Shown piece by piece: positions 25,470 to 39,642 of a DNA stretch of 64,000 nucleotides. The notes below the pieces were generated by a model that was not told the DNA's origin, searched no databases, and saw nothing but the letters and a program-made list of their open reading frames with translations. Position numbers and translations under genes: made by a program. Within the stretch, counting starts at the first letter, position 1, and each line of letters begins with the position of its first letter. The DNA is from Octopus vulgaris. Its lineage: Eukaryota. Location of the stretch: assembly GCA_951406725.2 (NCBI GenBank), contig OX597828.1, forward strand, positions 71,920,001 to 71,984,000. The letters are read 5' to 3'.

Positions 25470-25890
25470 GGCGCAGGAGTGGCTGTGTGGTAAGTAGCTT
25501 GCTAACCAACCACATGGTTCCGGGTTCAATCCCACTGCGTGGCATCTTGGGCAAGTGTCTTCTGCTATAGCCCCGGGCCGACCAATGCCGACCAATGCCT
25601 TGTGAGTGGATTTGGTAGACGGAAACTGAAAGAAGCCTGTCGTATATATGTATATATATATATATGTATGTATGTGTGTGTGTGTTTGTGTGTCTGCGTT
25701 TGTCCCCCTAGCATTGCTTGACAACCGATGCTGGTGTGTTTACGTCCCCGTCACTTAGTGGTTCGCCAAAAGAGACCGATAGAATAAGTACTGGGCTTAC
25801 AAAGAATAAGTCCCGGGGTCGATTTGCTCGACTAAAGGCGGTGCTCCAGCATGGCCGCAGTCAAATGACTGAAAAGAGTAAAAGAGAGAG
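25470..25890 (+). mobile_element. Full-length SINE family A
   Basis: GGCGCAGGAGTGGCTGTGTGGTAAG head through GGTGCTCCAGCATGGCCGCAGTCAAATGACTGAAA tail. Confidence 0.92.
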
Positions 25891-25923
25891 TATGCGCACA
25901 CACAAATATATATACCTGTATGT

Positions 25924-25972
<49 letters not shown>

Positions 25973-26174
25973 CGTGCGTGCTATATGTAGTTGTTGGTTA
26001 TGGCCGGTCAGAAAGTGGTCATTGTTTCTCTTTTTTACGTCTATTATTGTTCTTAGACGACAAACCAGACTCGTTGGCCGATGGCAAATAAACTCTTAAC
26101 ATAACCTCATTAGTAGAGAAGTTATGTGCCCCCGGCCAGCAGGTCTGATATGTCGCCTAAGAACAATAAAAGAC

Positions 26175-26566
26175 GCTGGCAGAATCGTTAGCACGCCGGG
26201 CGAAATGCTTAGCGCTATTTAGTCTGCCGTTACGTTCTGAGCTCAAATTCCGCCATGGTCGACTTTGGCTTTCATCCTTTCGGGGTCGATTAAATAATTA
26301 CCAGTTACGCACTGGGGTCGATATAATCGACTTAATCCGTTTGTCTGTCCTTATTTGTCCTCTCTGTGTTTGGCCCCTTGTAGGCAGTAAAGAAATAGGT
26401 ATTTCGCCTGCCGCTACGTTCCGAGTTCAAATTCCGCGCTGAGGTCGACTTTGCCTTTCATCCTTTCGGGGTCGATTAAATAAGTACCAGTTAAGCACTG
26501 GGGTCGATGTGATCTCCTTACCGCTTCCCCCGAGATTGCTGGCCTTGTGCCAAAATTCGAAACCTA
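26175..26566 (+). mobile_element. SINE family B, partial tandem dimer
   Basis: Two Deu/Nin-like domains separated by a LINE-like tail; the same arrangement occurs at 38945-39358 (-). Confidence 0.88.
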
Positions 26567-28121
26567 TATTATGATAATGTGAAGATTACGAGAAATTGGT
26601 GTCGGCCATGTTAATTTAATGAAGAAAGCGACTGCGAAGATTATGACAACTTGTAAAGATTATACTTAGCAGAGGTTGTGATGTATCTTAGTAAATATTA
26701 CGATAACTTGGAGGATAATATGATAATTTGTGATATATCTTATAAGAGATTAAGATAATTTCGTGGAGATTAGGATAATAAACCACAGACACAAGTACGT
26801 AATGTTATTCGTGTTTTTGTAATAATTGTCTTCAGAATAAAGATTTTAAAGGTATTTGTTTAAATCAGAAGTGATTAGCTTTTAATTAAATTGTGGAGGA
26901 AAACTCCTTATTCCCCCCCGATCTATCACTGCTCCTTCCATTATGATTTACCTCCCCACGAAATACTTGTACAGGGGGCGCTATCGTTGATGTGTTGCCA
27001 CCATGTAAGTAAGTAAGTTCTGGTCGAGCAGATCTTTAAGGAGAAAAGAATGACCTGCACTCCTTTTTTCTTTTTTTTTTCGCTTTTCGGGGAACCAATG
27101 GGATCATCCGAGAGGAAAAAATAATAATTAGATATTTAAATTGAGACATTCCCAGGGGTTTAATTAATTGAATAAAAGGGCAAGCGTCACTGTATGGATA
27201 GGGTAGGGTGGAGCCTGGTGGCGGTGGGTGGGTGTGTTACTTAAAGATTATTACCTCATTATTGGTTACTGTTGATAATTGACCTGTTGCTTTTGTTTGA
27301 CAATGTAAAATTCCTGCGAAGAATCCAAGTGGAAGAATTCAATTAATTTTGGGTATTGAGTTGGAAGTTGTCAGTTAAGGAATGAAACTTTCATTACCAA
27401 TTCTGAACTAGGTTCTTCGAGTTTTATTCGCATTTTTGGTTATCAACTTTCTCTATAGCATTTATTTATTTATTTATCATTTCAGTGTTGCAATGTTTTA
27501 TTGCGTGGTTTCACGACTGAGCGTCGGTCTGTGCGTCTTGGACACCTGCAGCGTTATGTATCCACAAATGGCTTCACACATCAATAATGTATTGCACAAT
27601 TCATTAAAAATTTCTAAACTCACATAATTTCAGTAAATATTACCCAAGAATTTTAGTTAATGAACTTATAATGTTTTATCGTCTGTTTTATGTATTTTAA
27701 CCGGATTTTGTTGTGAAATCGTGTTTCATAATGTATCTTTCATTAGCTGATTGCACAACCCTGGACGCCACACATATATTGATGCATTGCAATAACTCTC
27801 TAGATAGAACTTGGTGATCCTGACCGATGGTCTTCTAGGAGTCCTCCGCTCTTCCAAATCCGCCATGTTGCAATCTAAGTTTCCATTAAATCCAAAGAAA
27901 TGATTTCTTTCCAGTTTTGGTTACATTGCTTCCATTGATCTCGTTTTGTTTTGACACTTTTTCTATTTAATCCAATAATCTAAATCTGAGGCGTAGCTAT
28001 GGGGTAAGAAGTCTGCTCCCCAGCCACGTGGTTCTGGGTATATGTCTCCTTTTTTATAGCCTCGGAACAACCAAAGCCTTCCGAATGGATTTGGCAGACG
28101 GAAACTGAAAGAAACCCATCA

Positions 28122-28160
<39 letters not shown>

Positions 28161-28214
28161 TGAGAGAAAGAGAGAATGTGTGTATGTATGTTTGTACGTA
28201 TCTATCTATCTATC

Positions 28215-28937
28215 TATCTGTCACGCCTCCTTCCTTCAAACGGGAAGGAAGAGCTATTTTCATCATCCTTGTGGCTATGGCGAAAGAATGTATCTGGTGG
28301 ACGCGTCTGAAAGGATTGGAGACAAACACTTTCCTCTCTGGTCAACCTCTCATCAATTTCTTCAAGTACCACTTGAAAAGGAAAGTGAGAGTAGAGAGGC
28401 AAGTTTTGTCTAGCGAATGTTTTAAAAAAAGATGGGTGAATGTAGCAAGGATGGCACGTATGAATGACGAAGCCACCTTGAGCATAATCCTATGAACCCA
28501 GAAATTGAAAACAGAGGGTTACCCACTTGCAAACAAATGTGGTAACATATAACAATATTGACCAAGGTTACCGTGGTCTTTTTCGTAGGCTTTTCTTCCC
28601 ACGGATAAACCTTACTTGCTTTCCCCTTTACACCATACATCATGATACTGTGATACACGATCCCTATTGATCGTATTTTTCCCTCTTCCCCTTTTTTCCT
28701 CTTTTTTCTTCTTTTTTCTTCTTTTTTCATTTTTCTTTTCTTTTGTTCCTTTTCCTTTTTTTTTTCGTTTTTTTTTGTTCTTTTTTCCTTTTTACGATTC
28801 CTTTTGATCGAAAACCTACGCCACCTTTTTTTGTTTCTTTTGTTTTTTGTTTTTTGTTTTTTTCATCCCCCAAAAGAAAAGCTCTACCTTGTAACTTGTC
28901 CCATCTGTGTGCAGCCCTGTGTGGCCAATAAAGAAAC
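28215..28937 (+). mobile_element. 3' end of a Tx1/L1-type LINE (ORF2 C-terminus plus 3' UTR)
   Basis: AKECIWWTR...KVRVERQVLSSECFKKRW; T-rich UTR; AATAAAGAAA end inside (TATC)n. Confidence 0.7.
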
Positions 28938-29000
28938 TTATCTATCTATCTGTCTGTCTGTCTGTCTTTCTATCTATCTATTTATCTATCTATCTGCCAG

Positions 29001-29064
<64 letters not shown>

Positions 29065-29083
29065 GATAGATAGATACATACAT

Positions 29084-29121
<38 letters not shown>

Positions 29122-30219
29122 GTACATACATACATACATACATACATACATACATACATACATACATACATACATACATACGTATAAAAATTACATTAAT
29201 GTTTGTATTTATGATGAATTGCGATAAAAAAATGTTGCATTTTAACTGAAGAACTACTCTTTTTGTAGAAAATTTTTACAAGAGAAGTGTGGACAGTGAC
29301 TCCGAAGTTTTGGTCTGTTACGCATATATGTGCGCGTGGTGCGCGTATGGCTATGTACATAACCTATTTGCATACCTATACGTATGTATATGTGTGTGTG
29401 TGTTCGTGTGAGTCTGCGAGTATGTGTATGCTTTCACGTTACACACACACACAGAGACACGCTCGCATGCACAAAACCTCAAATCACACGGCATGGCAGA
29501 ACCCAGGACGAAAAGGGTGTAGATAAGTGGAGAAAGAAGAGAAAGAAGAAGTGAAGGAAGAAAGAAGGAGAGGAGGAGGAAGAGAAGCAGAAGAAGAAGA
29601 AGAAGAAGAAGAAGAAGAAGAAGAAGAAGAAGAAGAAGAAGAAGAAGAAGAAGAAGAAGAAGAAGAAGGTGCTGGTAAAGAAACTGAAGAGAAGTGTTAA
29701 GAGAAGGGGAGGGTGCGGGTGTCGGCCAGATTCCCATTTTGTGTGTTTATATAAATCCCCCACCCCCACCCACCCCCGCACACAATGGACAAGAGCATCG
29801 GATTAACAAAAGACGCAAAAGTCTTGTGATCTTGCTAAAAATAATAACGACCACTGTCAAGGACTCTCAGGTTGCGATATTGTTCATGAGACCAGGTGAA
29901 GTGGGGGATGGGGGAATACGGGGGTGGGGTGGACGAATGGTAGGTGGGTGGGTGGGCGGGTGGTTCATCAGTATGCTGGACATATGTGTAAATATGTACA
30001 ATGGTCCGGAGGAAGTCGCCTTGGTTGATTCCAGTTGATCCTTTGGGTTTTGTTTTTGTTTCTTTAGTTGTAGCTTGATCAACCAACGGCTTGACCGCAT
30101 GACCAGGAAGTGCGAATTAAACGGGGATGTGGCGGGAAGGAGGAGAAATGGTGGGGGAGGGGCAGTGGTTGCGGTGGCGGTCAGGTGTGTTTGTATGCGC
30201 GCGCACATACGCGTATATT

Positions 30220-30649
30220 CTTTAATTCTTGTATTCCTTCATTTGTTTCAGTCATTTGACTGCGGCCATGCTGGAGCACCGCTTTTAGTTGAACAAATCG
30301 ACCCCAGGACTTATTCTTTGTAAGCTTAGTACCTATTCTATCGGTCCCTTTTGTCGAACTGCTAAGTTACGGGGACGTAAAAACACAAGCATCGGTTGTC
30401 AAGCGATGTTGGGGGGACAAACACAGACACGCAAACACACACAGACACATACATATATATGTATATATATATACGACGGGCTTCTTTCAGTTTTCGTCTA
30501 CCAAATCCATTCACAAGGCTTTAGTAGGGCCGAGGCTATAGCAGAAGACACTTGCCCAAGATGCCACGCAGTGGGACTGAACCCGGAACCATGTGGTTGG
30601 TAAGAAAGCTATATATACATATATGTATATATACATATATATACATATA

Positions 30650-30685
<36 letters not shown>

Positions 30686-31555
30686 TGTATGTATGTATGT
30701 CTGTCTGTCTGTCTGTCTGTATGTATGTATGTATGTATGTATGTATGTATGTATGTATGTATGTATGTATGCATAGTTGAAATTTGCAGTAAAACAAAAG
30801 ACGAAGACAGGTGTATAAACAACAAGCAGGTATATTAGTTTAACGCTCGGGAAGGTGAGAAAATCTTTTACGTTTCGAGCGTACGTTCTTTAACAGAAAG
30901 GAACACGAGAGCGGCGAACTGGCAGAATCGTTAGAACGCCGGGCAAAATGCTTAGCGGTATTTCGTCAGCCGCTACATTCTGAGTTCAAATTCCGCCGAG
31001 GTCGACTTTGCCTTTCATCCTTTCGGGCTCGATTAAATAAGTACCAGTTACGCACTGGGGTCGACATAATTGACTTAATCCGTTTTTCTGTCCTTGTTTG
31101 TCCCCTCTGTGCGTAGCCCCTTGTGGGCAGTAAAAAAGTAAGAAAGGAATACGAGGAAATAAACAGAGAGAATAAAAAATCTTTTTGAGCTAACGGTCAA
31201 TCATGGCGGTTATATATGTGTGCGCGCGCACGTGCGTATGTGTATACATATATCATACACGTAAACAGGCATACATGTGTGTGTGTTTCTGCTTGTATAT
31301 AAATATATATGAATATATATAGTATGTATGTATATGTTTGTGTGTCTGTGTTTGTCCCCCTAGCATTGCTTGATAACCGATGCTGGTGTGTTTACGTCCC
31401 CGTCACTTAGCGGTTCGGCAAAAGAGACCGATAGAATAAGTACTGGGCTTACAAAGAATAAGTCCCGGGGTCGATTTGTTTGACTAAAGGCGGTGCTCCA
31501 GCATGGCCGCAGTCAAATGATTGAAACAAGTAAAAGAGTAAAGAGTAAAGAGTAT
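30220..31555. mobile_element. SINE cluster: A (30220-30608, -), hammerhead stub (30770-30905, -), B (30910-31140, +), A 3' half (31335-31553, +)
   Basis: Similarity to other copies in the window. Confidence 0.85.
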
Positions 31556-31746
31556 GTACACGCGCACACACTTATGTCAGTATATATACCAATGAAAGAC
31601 AAGATGCTACTGTTGTTGTCAGAGAGATAATCTCGTCATAGAGATACTGTGTTAAAACACGATATATATATATATACATATATACACACCCACACCCACA
31701 CCCACACACACACACAAACACACACACATATATATATGTATGTATT

Positions 31747-31787
<41 letters not shown>

Positions 31788-32489
31788 GCGAGACAAACAT
31801 CATTCCAATAGCGATCCCAGAGGACATCAGACGCCTTCCAGCCTTGTTGGGGCCTTGTTAGTGACATGTAAATGCTTGTCACACACCTACACAACAGTCT
31901 TCCCTCTCCAATATGTAAGGAACAGCGAAGAGAGTATCTTTTATACGGTATCTCTATGTAAAGGTTTTCCTCTTAGCCAAACCCACAATATCATAACTTT
32001 CAATAGTGAACCTTTCTTGAACCCGATATATAATGCTGCTTCTATTCCATACACTGTATCTTTATTCAGCCCGACAAGCTTTGTGCAATATCAGTGAATA
32101 TATTACCAGTACATATTTCATTATGTACATTTCCCATCGTATTTATTTGTTCAAACGCTAAGATATGAAAGGACAACACATAAACAGTAACAGACATATG
32201 TTTTTTAACCGATTTAAACTTAAAAACACACAAACATTGACGACGCGCGCAAATATTTCCCTATTTGAGGCAGACAGTATCTTATATAATATCTAAAATG
32301 GCGACACTAGTCCAACAGCAACGTGTACTTATAGGAAGAAATGGCGTTTAAGGTATTCTTTGCATAATTCGTTCGAGGAGACATTTAAAGCAAAAAAAGT
32401 CAGATATGAAAAAAATCCACTTAACTGAATGACGTTCGCTTCAAGAGGATAGAATCTCTGAGGGAGAGCGAGAAGGGGAGAGAGAAAAG

Positions 32490-32530
<41 letters not shown>

Positions 32531-34242
32531 AAAGAGATACAGAGAGAGGGAATGTGTGTGTATGTGTGTGTGTGTGTATGTGTGTGTGTGTGCATATGTG
32601 TGTATGAGAGAGAAGGAGTGTGTGCGTGTGTGTATGTGTGCAAGAGTGTGTGTGAGAGAGAGAAAGTGCTTGTGTATAAGAGTGTGTGTGTATGTGTGTA
32701 TGAGCGAAAGAGAGAAATAGTGTGTGTGTGTGTGTGTGCAAGAGAGAGAGAGAGTGTGTGTGTGTGTAAGAGAGAGAGAAAGAGAAGGAGAATGTCTGTG
32801 TATGAGTGTGTGTGTGTGTATGAGAGAGAGAGAGGGGAGAAAGTGTGTTGTGTGTGTGTGTATGTGTGTGATGCATATGTGTGTTAGTGTGCGCATGTGT
32901 AATGTGTTCGGTCACCGCTCGAAGTTAGTTGTGTCCCGGAGCCCAGGAGTAGTTACAAGAACTTCTACTAGGGGGACAGTAGCTGCAATAGACAAGTCAT
33001 GGGGAACCTGCGGCCCTCGGGCCTTTCAGCATGGCAGTGCAGACCGCCTTATGATGACCCACGTCTCATGCGAAACAAATTGCCCATGCTTGGACTTGGG
33101 TATTGGCTGGGTCGTTATAGTGTCGGATAGAATGCCTTGTGGTATTAGTTCCGACGCTCTGTGCTGTGAATTAAAAACCCACCAAAGTCAGATTTAACTT
33201 TCATCCTTTCTGGGTCGCAAAAGAGTTCAAAGTCAAGACGATGGGTTGATGGAACTGTTAGAATGCCGAACCGAATGCCTTGCGGTATCTCTTCCGGCTC
33301 TTTGTGTTCTGAGATCAAATCCCACCATGACCTACTCGGGTGGTAGACTTAATCAGGACCGTCTTAACAGTATAGTAGGACACCGGGCAAATCAATGTAC
33401 TCCGCCCTACAGCATTTATCTATTGACAGTAAACCCTAGTAAATCAGAATCAGGTCGCTTAACCCGTGAGGGCCCTAGTAAATCAATGCAGTGGGCCCTA
33501 CAGTATTTATTTGACAGCAAGCCACAACATTCACATATAAGAATTTAGTCCCTTAACCAGCGAGGACACCTGAGCAACCATCCAGTGTGTCCGTACATAA
33601 AGATAGCACTTTATTCGTCGCCCGGTTTATCACCACCATCTGTTTTTTTTTTTTTTGGAGGCTTTAACAGGGCAAACATTGGTGCAAACATTGGGTCTTG
33701 GTCTCTGGTTTGAGGATATCTTCCTCATTCCTCCCCCACTAACCACGATAGCCTTGCAAAAGGTCGCAATCACTGCCTTCCTGTCTTCTTCAAAAGATAA
33801 ATGAAATACATGCCGGGGACATTGTTTCGAGCCAACTGGACGATGCAGAAACTAAATCTACTCTCATTGCACTGCATTGAACCGAGTTTCAGGTCAGTTT
33901 TAACCAAAGTCCAGGGAATCTATTGGTGATTTCTTAAACGTATCGACTTCATCCCCACCCAGAACCAAACTTCACTGGAAAACGGAATTTAGGCATTCTA
34001 TTTACATTTATACATGTTCATACATTCATTCATATGTGCGTATACATACATACATACATACATACATACATACATACATACATACATACATACATACATA
34101 CATACATGCGTACGTACGTACGTACGTATGTACGTACGTACATACATACACACATAATACATACATACATACGTACATACATACAAATATACATACATAC
34201 ATACATACATATATACATACATACATATATACATATATATAC

Positions 34243-34276
<34 letters not shown>

Positions 34277-34321
34277 CTGTGTGTGTCTGTGTGTGTGTGT
34301 GTGTGCGTGTGTGTGTGTGTG

Positions 34322-34562
34322 TACGTATTGCCTTCGGAACGCGGAGTAGATGAAACAGCGACAACTGATGAAGGGGATATTCTTTGTTGTATGTCTCGTT
34401 TCTTTGTTTGTTTTTTTCGTTGTTCGAAAAAGAAGTTCGTTTTCTGTGTTTTCGTTTCTCATTGTGTTCAACGTTTTTTTTTATGTCCTGTACCCATATA
34501 TGCATGTATATATACATATATATGTAGGTATGTCCATATATGTATGTGTATATGCATATATT

Positions 34563-34632
<70 letters not shown>

Positions 34633-34790
34633 TTCTGTGTTTTTCTCTCTCTGTGTATCTTTCTGTTGAAGAGCGTAGGCTCGAAACGTTAAAGACTTGT
34701 TTTATTTATATTTCCTGAGCGCCATACTAATACAATTGTTCGTTTGTTTTCCACCTGCCTTCGTCTTTTGTTTATTTTCATAAAGCTTCC

Positions 34791-34852
<62 letters not shown>

Positions 34853-34970
34853 GAAACGTAAAACCACCTTTCTGTCCTTCCCTGAGCGTCTGCTAATACT
34901 TTATACATGTACCACGTACTCGCGTTGTTGTTTTTTGTTTATTCTTCGTTTTATGGGGGTTTACTATATA
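34322..34970 (+). mobile_element. Head-to-tail array of three hammerhead-bearing retroelement stubs separated by (TA)n
   Basis: Permuted-type motif 34324-34376; minimal type I 34658-34695; stub beginning CGAAACGTAAAACC at ~34852. Confidence 0.75.
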
Positions 34971-35540
34971 TATGTGGGGGGGGGCTGTATGTGTGTGTGC
35001 GTATAGTTTATAGTTATTTAAAAGAAGAAAATGAAGATTGGGAAATTGATGCTTGTTTATTATTAAAACCGAATTGATCATCTTCACTTACAGCCGTTTC
35101 AATTAATCCTCAATAAACATCAAATTTACATTTATGCGACATGAATGTAATATCATTAGAGGAAAGAAAAAGATATAGATTTGGATATATGTCTGGGAAT
35201 TCATTTTGAATTTCAAATCTACATCTTTTTTCAAATCTACATCTTTTCTCAAATCTACATCTAATTAAATTATACACACATACACACATATACATACATG
35301 TCCTCTACCACCATGACTTGACAACCGATGTTGGTGTGGTTACGTCTCCGTAACTTAGTGGTTCGGCAAAAGATATCGATAGAATAAGTACTAAGCTTAT
35401 AAGGCTTACAAAGTACTAAGCTTACAAGGAATAGTCGATTTGTTCAACTAATGGCGGGGCTCCAGCAAGGCCACAGTCAAATGACTGAAACAAGTAAAGG
35501 AATAGAAATTAATATATATATATATATACACATACACACT

Positions 35541-35592
<52 letters not shown>

Positions 35593-35599
35593 GAGAGAG

Positions 35600-35690
<91 letters not shown>

Positions 35691-35705
35691 CAGATAGACA
35701 GATAA

Positions 35706-35780
<75 letters not shown>

Positions 35781-35867
35781 TTCCCGCAAAGACATATCAT
35801 ATGTTTAATAAATACATTTTGTATTGAAAATTGAACCAAATAATAAATCTCAGAAGCTTCGCCAGTT

Positions 35868-35915
35868 TGAACCGACTTGTTTCGTCCCTTGTTAGAGACT
35901 CGTCAGTGACGGCTT
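35868..35915 (-). ncRNA. Hammerhead ribozyme motif with intact core
   Basis: CTGACGA-GTCTCT aaca AGGGAC-GAAAC aa GTC; stem I poor. Confidence 0.6.
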
Positions 35916-35999
35916 TAACTTTGCGTCATCTACGTAAAGAGTCAGGGTTAGGGTTGAGATGGTGGCGGTAAAGAGGAAGGGTGTAGAAGCAATTGTATT

Positions 36000-36002
36000 A
36001 CA

Positions 36003-36033
<31 letters not shown>

Positions 36034-36455
36034 CAATGATGACAATGATGACTACGATGACTACGACGACAAGAGTGATGACACTGATAATATACACAAT
36101 GCTATTGATAATGATGATGATGATGATGATGATCAGGATGACGGTAATGTTGGCGGACGTAGTGGTGCAGCCTCTGTTGCTGACTTTGGGAGTGTTATCG
36201 TTGCTGTTGTTGTTGTGGTGGTGATGATGGTGACGGCGGTGGTTGTGATGGTGGTGGTGGTGGTGGTGGTGGTGGTAATGGTGGTGGTGGTAATGGTGGT
36301 GGTTGTGGTGGTGGTGGTGGTGGTGGTGGTGGTGGTGGTTGTGGTGGTTGTGGTGGTGCTGGTGGTGGCGGTGGTGGTGTTGGTGGTGGTTGATGGTGGT
36401 GTTGGTGGTGGTGATGGTGGTGGTGGTGATGGTGGACGGTGGTGGTGGTGGTGGC
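36000..36455. repeat. (GAT)n/(GGT)n compound trinucleotide repeat
   Basis: Direct reading; similar tracts at 10040-10125, 24037-24325 and 53400-53700. Confidence 0.95.
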
Positions 36456-36759
36456 AAGACAGTTTAGGTGGATGTGTTTGGCTTCTCCCCTGCGATTGCT
36501 TCTGTTGGTTGCACTTAACGAACTGCTCCGACTCCCCACGATCAGCTTGACGCCAGATCGTCTGCAATGTGACCCCCAACTGGGGGAATGATTGGGGCTG
36601 TTGTAATGAAGGCAGAGAGACAGAAGAGGAGGCAGAGGAGGCGGTGGGGGCTGATGGGATAAACTCATTTCGCTGACTATTTCATGGATGTATATATCTA
36701 TATATAAACACATATATATGATGTGTATACGTACATATATGTATGTATACATACATACA

Positions 36760-36854
<95 letters not shown>

Positions 36855-36895
36855 GTAGATATATATACACATTTATATATATATATACATACATT

Positions 36896-36947
<52 letters not shown>

Positions 36948-36955
36948 GTATATAT

Positions 36956-37025
<70 letters not shown>

Positions 37026-37386
37026 TATATATATATGTGTGTGTGTGTGTGTGTATACACGTGTTTTACGAACGTCAGTCAAGGCTTATTTAGGAAGTTA
37101 CGTTTAGTTTATATGTATATTAAAGTTGTTTGTTTGTGTGTGTGTGTGTGTGTTTAAGCTGGTATGTTTGTCTGGCCGCATGAGTGTGCTTATGTATATG
37201 TTTGTGTGTAAGTGGTGGCTGGGGTGGGGGCGGGGGCGGGTAGTTGTCAATGGCGAGCGTACGTACATGGCGGAAAGTGTGTGGCTGTGTGTATACATGA
37301 GTGTGTGTGGATGTGGATGTATATGCGTTTATAATCACGAATGAGTTTTATGCGCAACATACATATACGTGTGTGTATGCATGAAT

Positions 37387-37423
<37 letters not shown>

Positions 37424-38178
37424 CACACGCACACACACATACACACACACACATACACACATATATCCTGTTGTCAAATTGAATATTGTTCCCTCCCTTT
37501 GTTTTTTTTGTGTATAATATATGTGTGTATGTGTGTGTGTGTGTATGTGTGTGTGTATGCGTCTGTGTGTATGTGTGTGTGTGTGTGTATGCATCTGTGT
37601 GAGTGTGTGTGGAGGGGTAGAGAGATAGAGAGGGGGAGAGTATGGAAACGATGTTGAAGAAACCTCGGAAAACATTAGAAAGATAAACAGAAATAAACTA
37701 CGGCCGGATGTCACATTTTTGATATAAGGAGTTAAAGAAATTTCGATCAACTGAGATTATCTATGTAATTAGTGGGAAAACACTCCCTCTGGAAATGCTT
37801 AAAGCCTAAGAGCAACAACCGAAAGATATAGACTTAAAATAAAATAAAATAAAATGATTGAACTGTTTAGAAAATATACGTTTTGGCGTGTAGCGAGTAT
37901 TTAAACTGAACTGTCGAAAGTACCCGACATGTTCCGAGCTTATCATACCTCTTCGGCAAAGCATGTTCGATTCAGGGCTTTTGTGACTGATTAGAGAAAG
38001 GGTGGTATTCACCCTTAAATTAAAGACCTGGCCTATATGTTTACAACTGGGTAAACGCCACTTACAGCACATAAGGCTTATGTAGTGGTTGTGAGGATAA
38101 GTGTTAGATGGCCTGAAGAGAGCTGGAGGGGAGAGCTGGAGGGGAGAGCGGGTAATCTCATGGGGATACTTAATATCT

Positions 38179-38260
<82 letters not shown>

Positions 38261-38401
38261 TATGTGTGTGTGTGTGTGTATGCATGTATGTATGTATTTA
38301 AGAGAAAAAGTAAGTTCCAAAAGAACAATTCAAACTTTTTGAGATCCAAAGAGAAAATATATATACTCACATACATGGACATACGCAGATTCGACACACA
38401 T

Positions 38402-38453
<52 letters not shown>

Positions 38454-38456
38454 CAA

Positions 38457-38575
38457 ATAAGAAAATGGAGGAACAATTCATTTCAATCATCGACTTACAG
38501 ATATTACCAATTCAAATGAATTGGTATTATCTGTAAGTCGATGATTGAAAGGAATCTGTTCCTCCATTTTCTTAT
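38457..38575. repeat. Fold-back palindrome (~57-bp arms) next to (TA)n
   Basis: ATAAGAAAATGGAGGAACA...CCAATTCA aa TGAATTGG...TGTTCCTCCATTTTCTTAT. Confidence 0.92.
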
Positions 38576-38944
38576 CTTGTATTATGAATTTGAGGTAAAC
38601 TATTTTACCTTCGCCCATCTAATACAATAAATGAATTAATTGCATTGCAATTATAAGCATTTATGTATTTGGCATTTGGGTGCTTCACCAGCAATATATT
38701 GGATAACTGATATCCCATAGTGGGTTACACTCATAACCCCTATCTCACTTTGTATATATATATATATATATAAACTTTAAAGTGCTGATTGAATTAGTAC
38801 TTTACAGAAAATAAAGGAATTCTCGAACGCTTAGAAGACGGTAAACGAAAAGTGGCAGCCAGCTGCTACAGAGAATCGAACACTGTACTTCTCCAGTTCG
38901 TGTCCCCTGACAACAGGTGTTGTCTTTTATGAAACTAAATAATT

Positions 38945-39358
38945 ATTTCTTTATTGTCAACAGGGCTTAAACATAGAGGGATCAAACAAGAGCAGATACA
39001 GGGATTAAGTCGATTATATCGACTCCAGTGCGTAACTAGTACTCATTTAATCGACCCCGAAAGGATGAAAGGTAAAGTCGACCTCGGCGGAATTTGAACT
39101 CAGAACGTAGTGGCAGACGAAATACCTATCTCTTTACTATCCACAAGGGGCTAAACACAGAGAGGACAAACAAGGACAGACAAAGAGATTAAATCGATTA
39201 TATCAACCCCAGTGCGTAACTGGTGCTTATTTTATCGACCACGAAAGGATGAAAGGCGAAGTCGACCTCGGCGGAATTTGAACTCAGAACGTAACGGCAG
39301 ACGAAATATTGCTAAGCATTTCGCCCGGCGTGCTAACGTTTCTGCCAACTCATCGCCT
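38945..39358 (-). mobile_element. SINE family B partial dimer
   Basis: Same structure as 26175-26566. Confidence 0.88.
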
Positions 39359-39585
39359 TATTTATGAACCTAAATTATAGCTTTTGGAATGTTCGAACAT
39401 TTTTTTATTAATAATCGGAATTCGTGAGGTACAGGGTTCGATTCTATGTAGCAGCTTGCCGGTCAAGTTTTTCCGTCTTCTAAAGGTATTTGCCCGATCT
39501 TCTAAGCTGGTTTCACAACTATTCGGCGTTCAAGAGTTTCCTAAGAGAGTGAAGAGAGCCAAAGGGGAGAGTGGGTAATCTCATG

Positions 39586-39642
<57 letters not shown>

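Larger units (their letters stand above)
24722..27440. repeat. Ancient inverted duplication: arms ~24722-25345 and ~26755-27440, SINE-filled spacer
   Basis: Colinear reverse-complement blocks, e.g. TTCTGAAGACAATTATTACAAAAACAC / GTGTTTTTGTAATAATTGTCTTCAGAA; TCTTCCACTTGGATTC / GAATCCAAGTGGAAGA; AATATCTAATTATTATTTTTTCCTCTCG / CGAGAGGAAAAAATAATAATTAGATATT. Confidence 0.9.

Noticed and set aside
35948-36872. Poly-His/Pro/Thr ORFs resembling transcription factor low-complexity regions
   Set aside because: Open in several frames because of trinucleotide repeats; no domain or convincing splice sites.
39490-39530. GAAAC-containing motif shared with 47270-47320
   Set aside because: Folds as a simple GAAA-tetraloop hairpin with no CUGANGA core.
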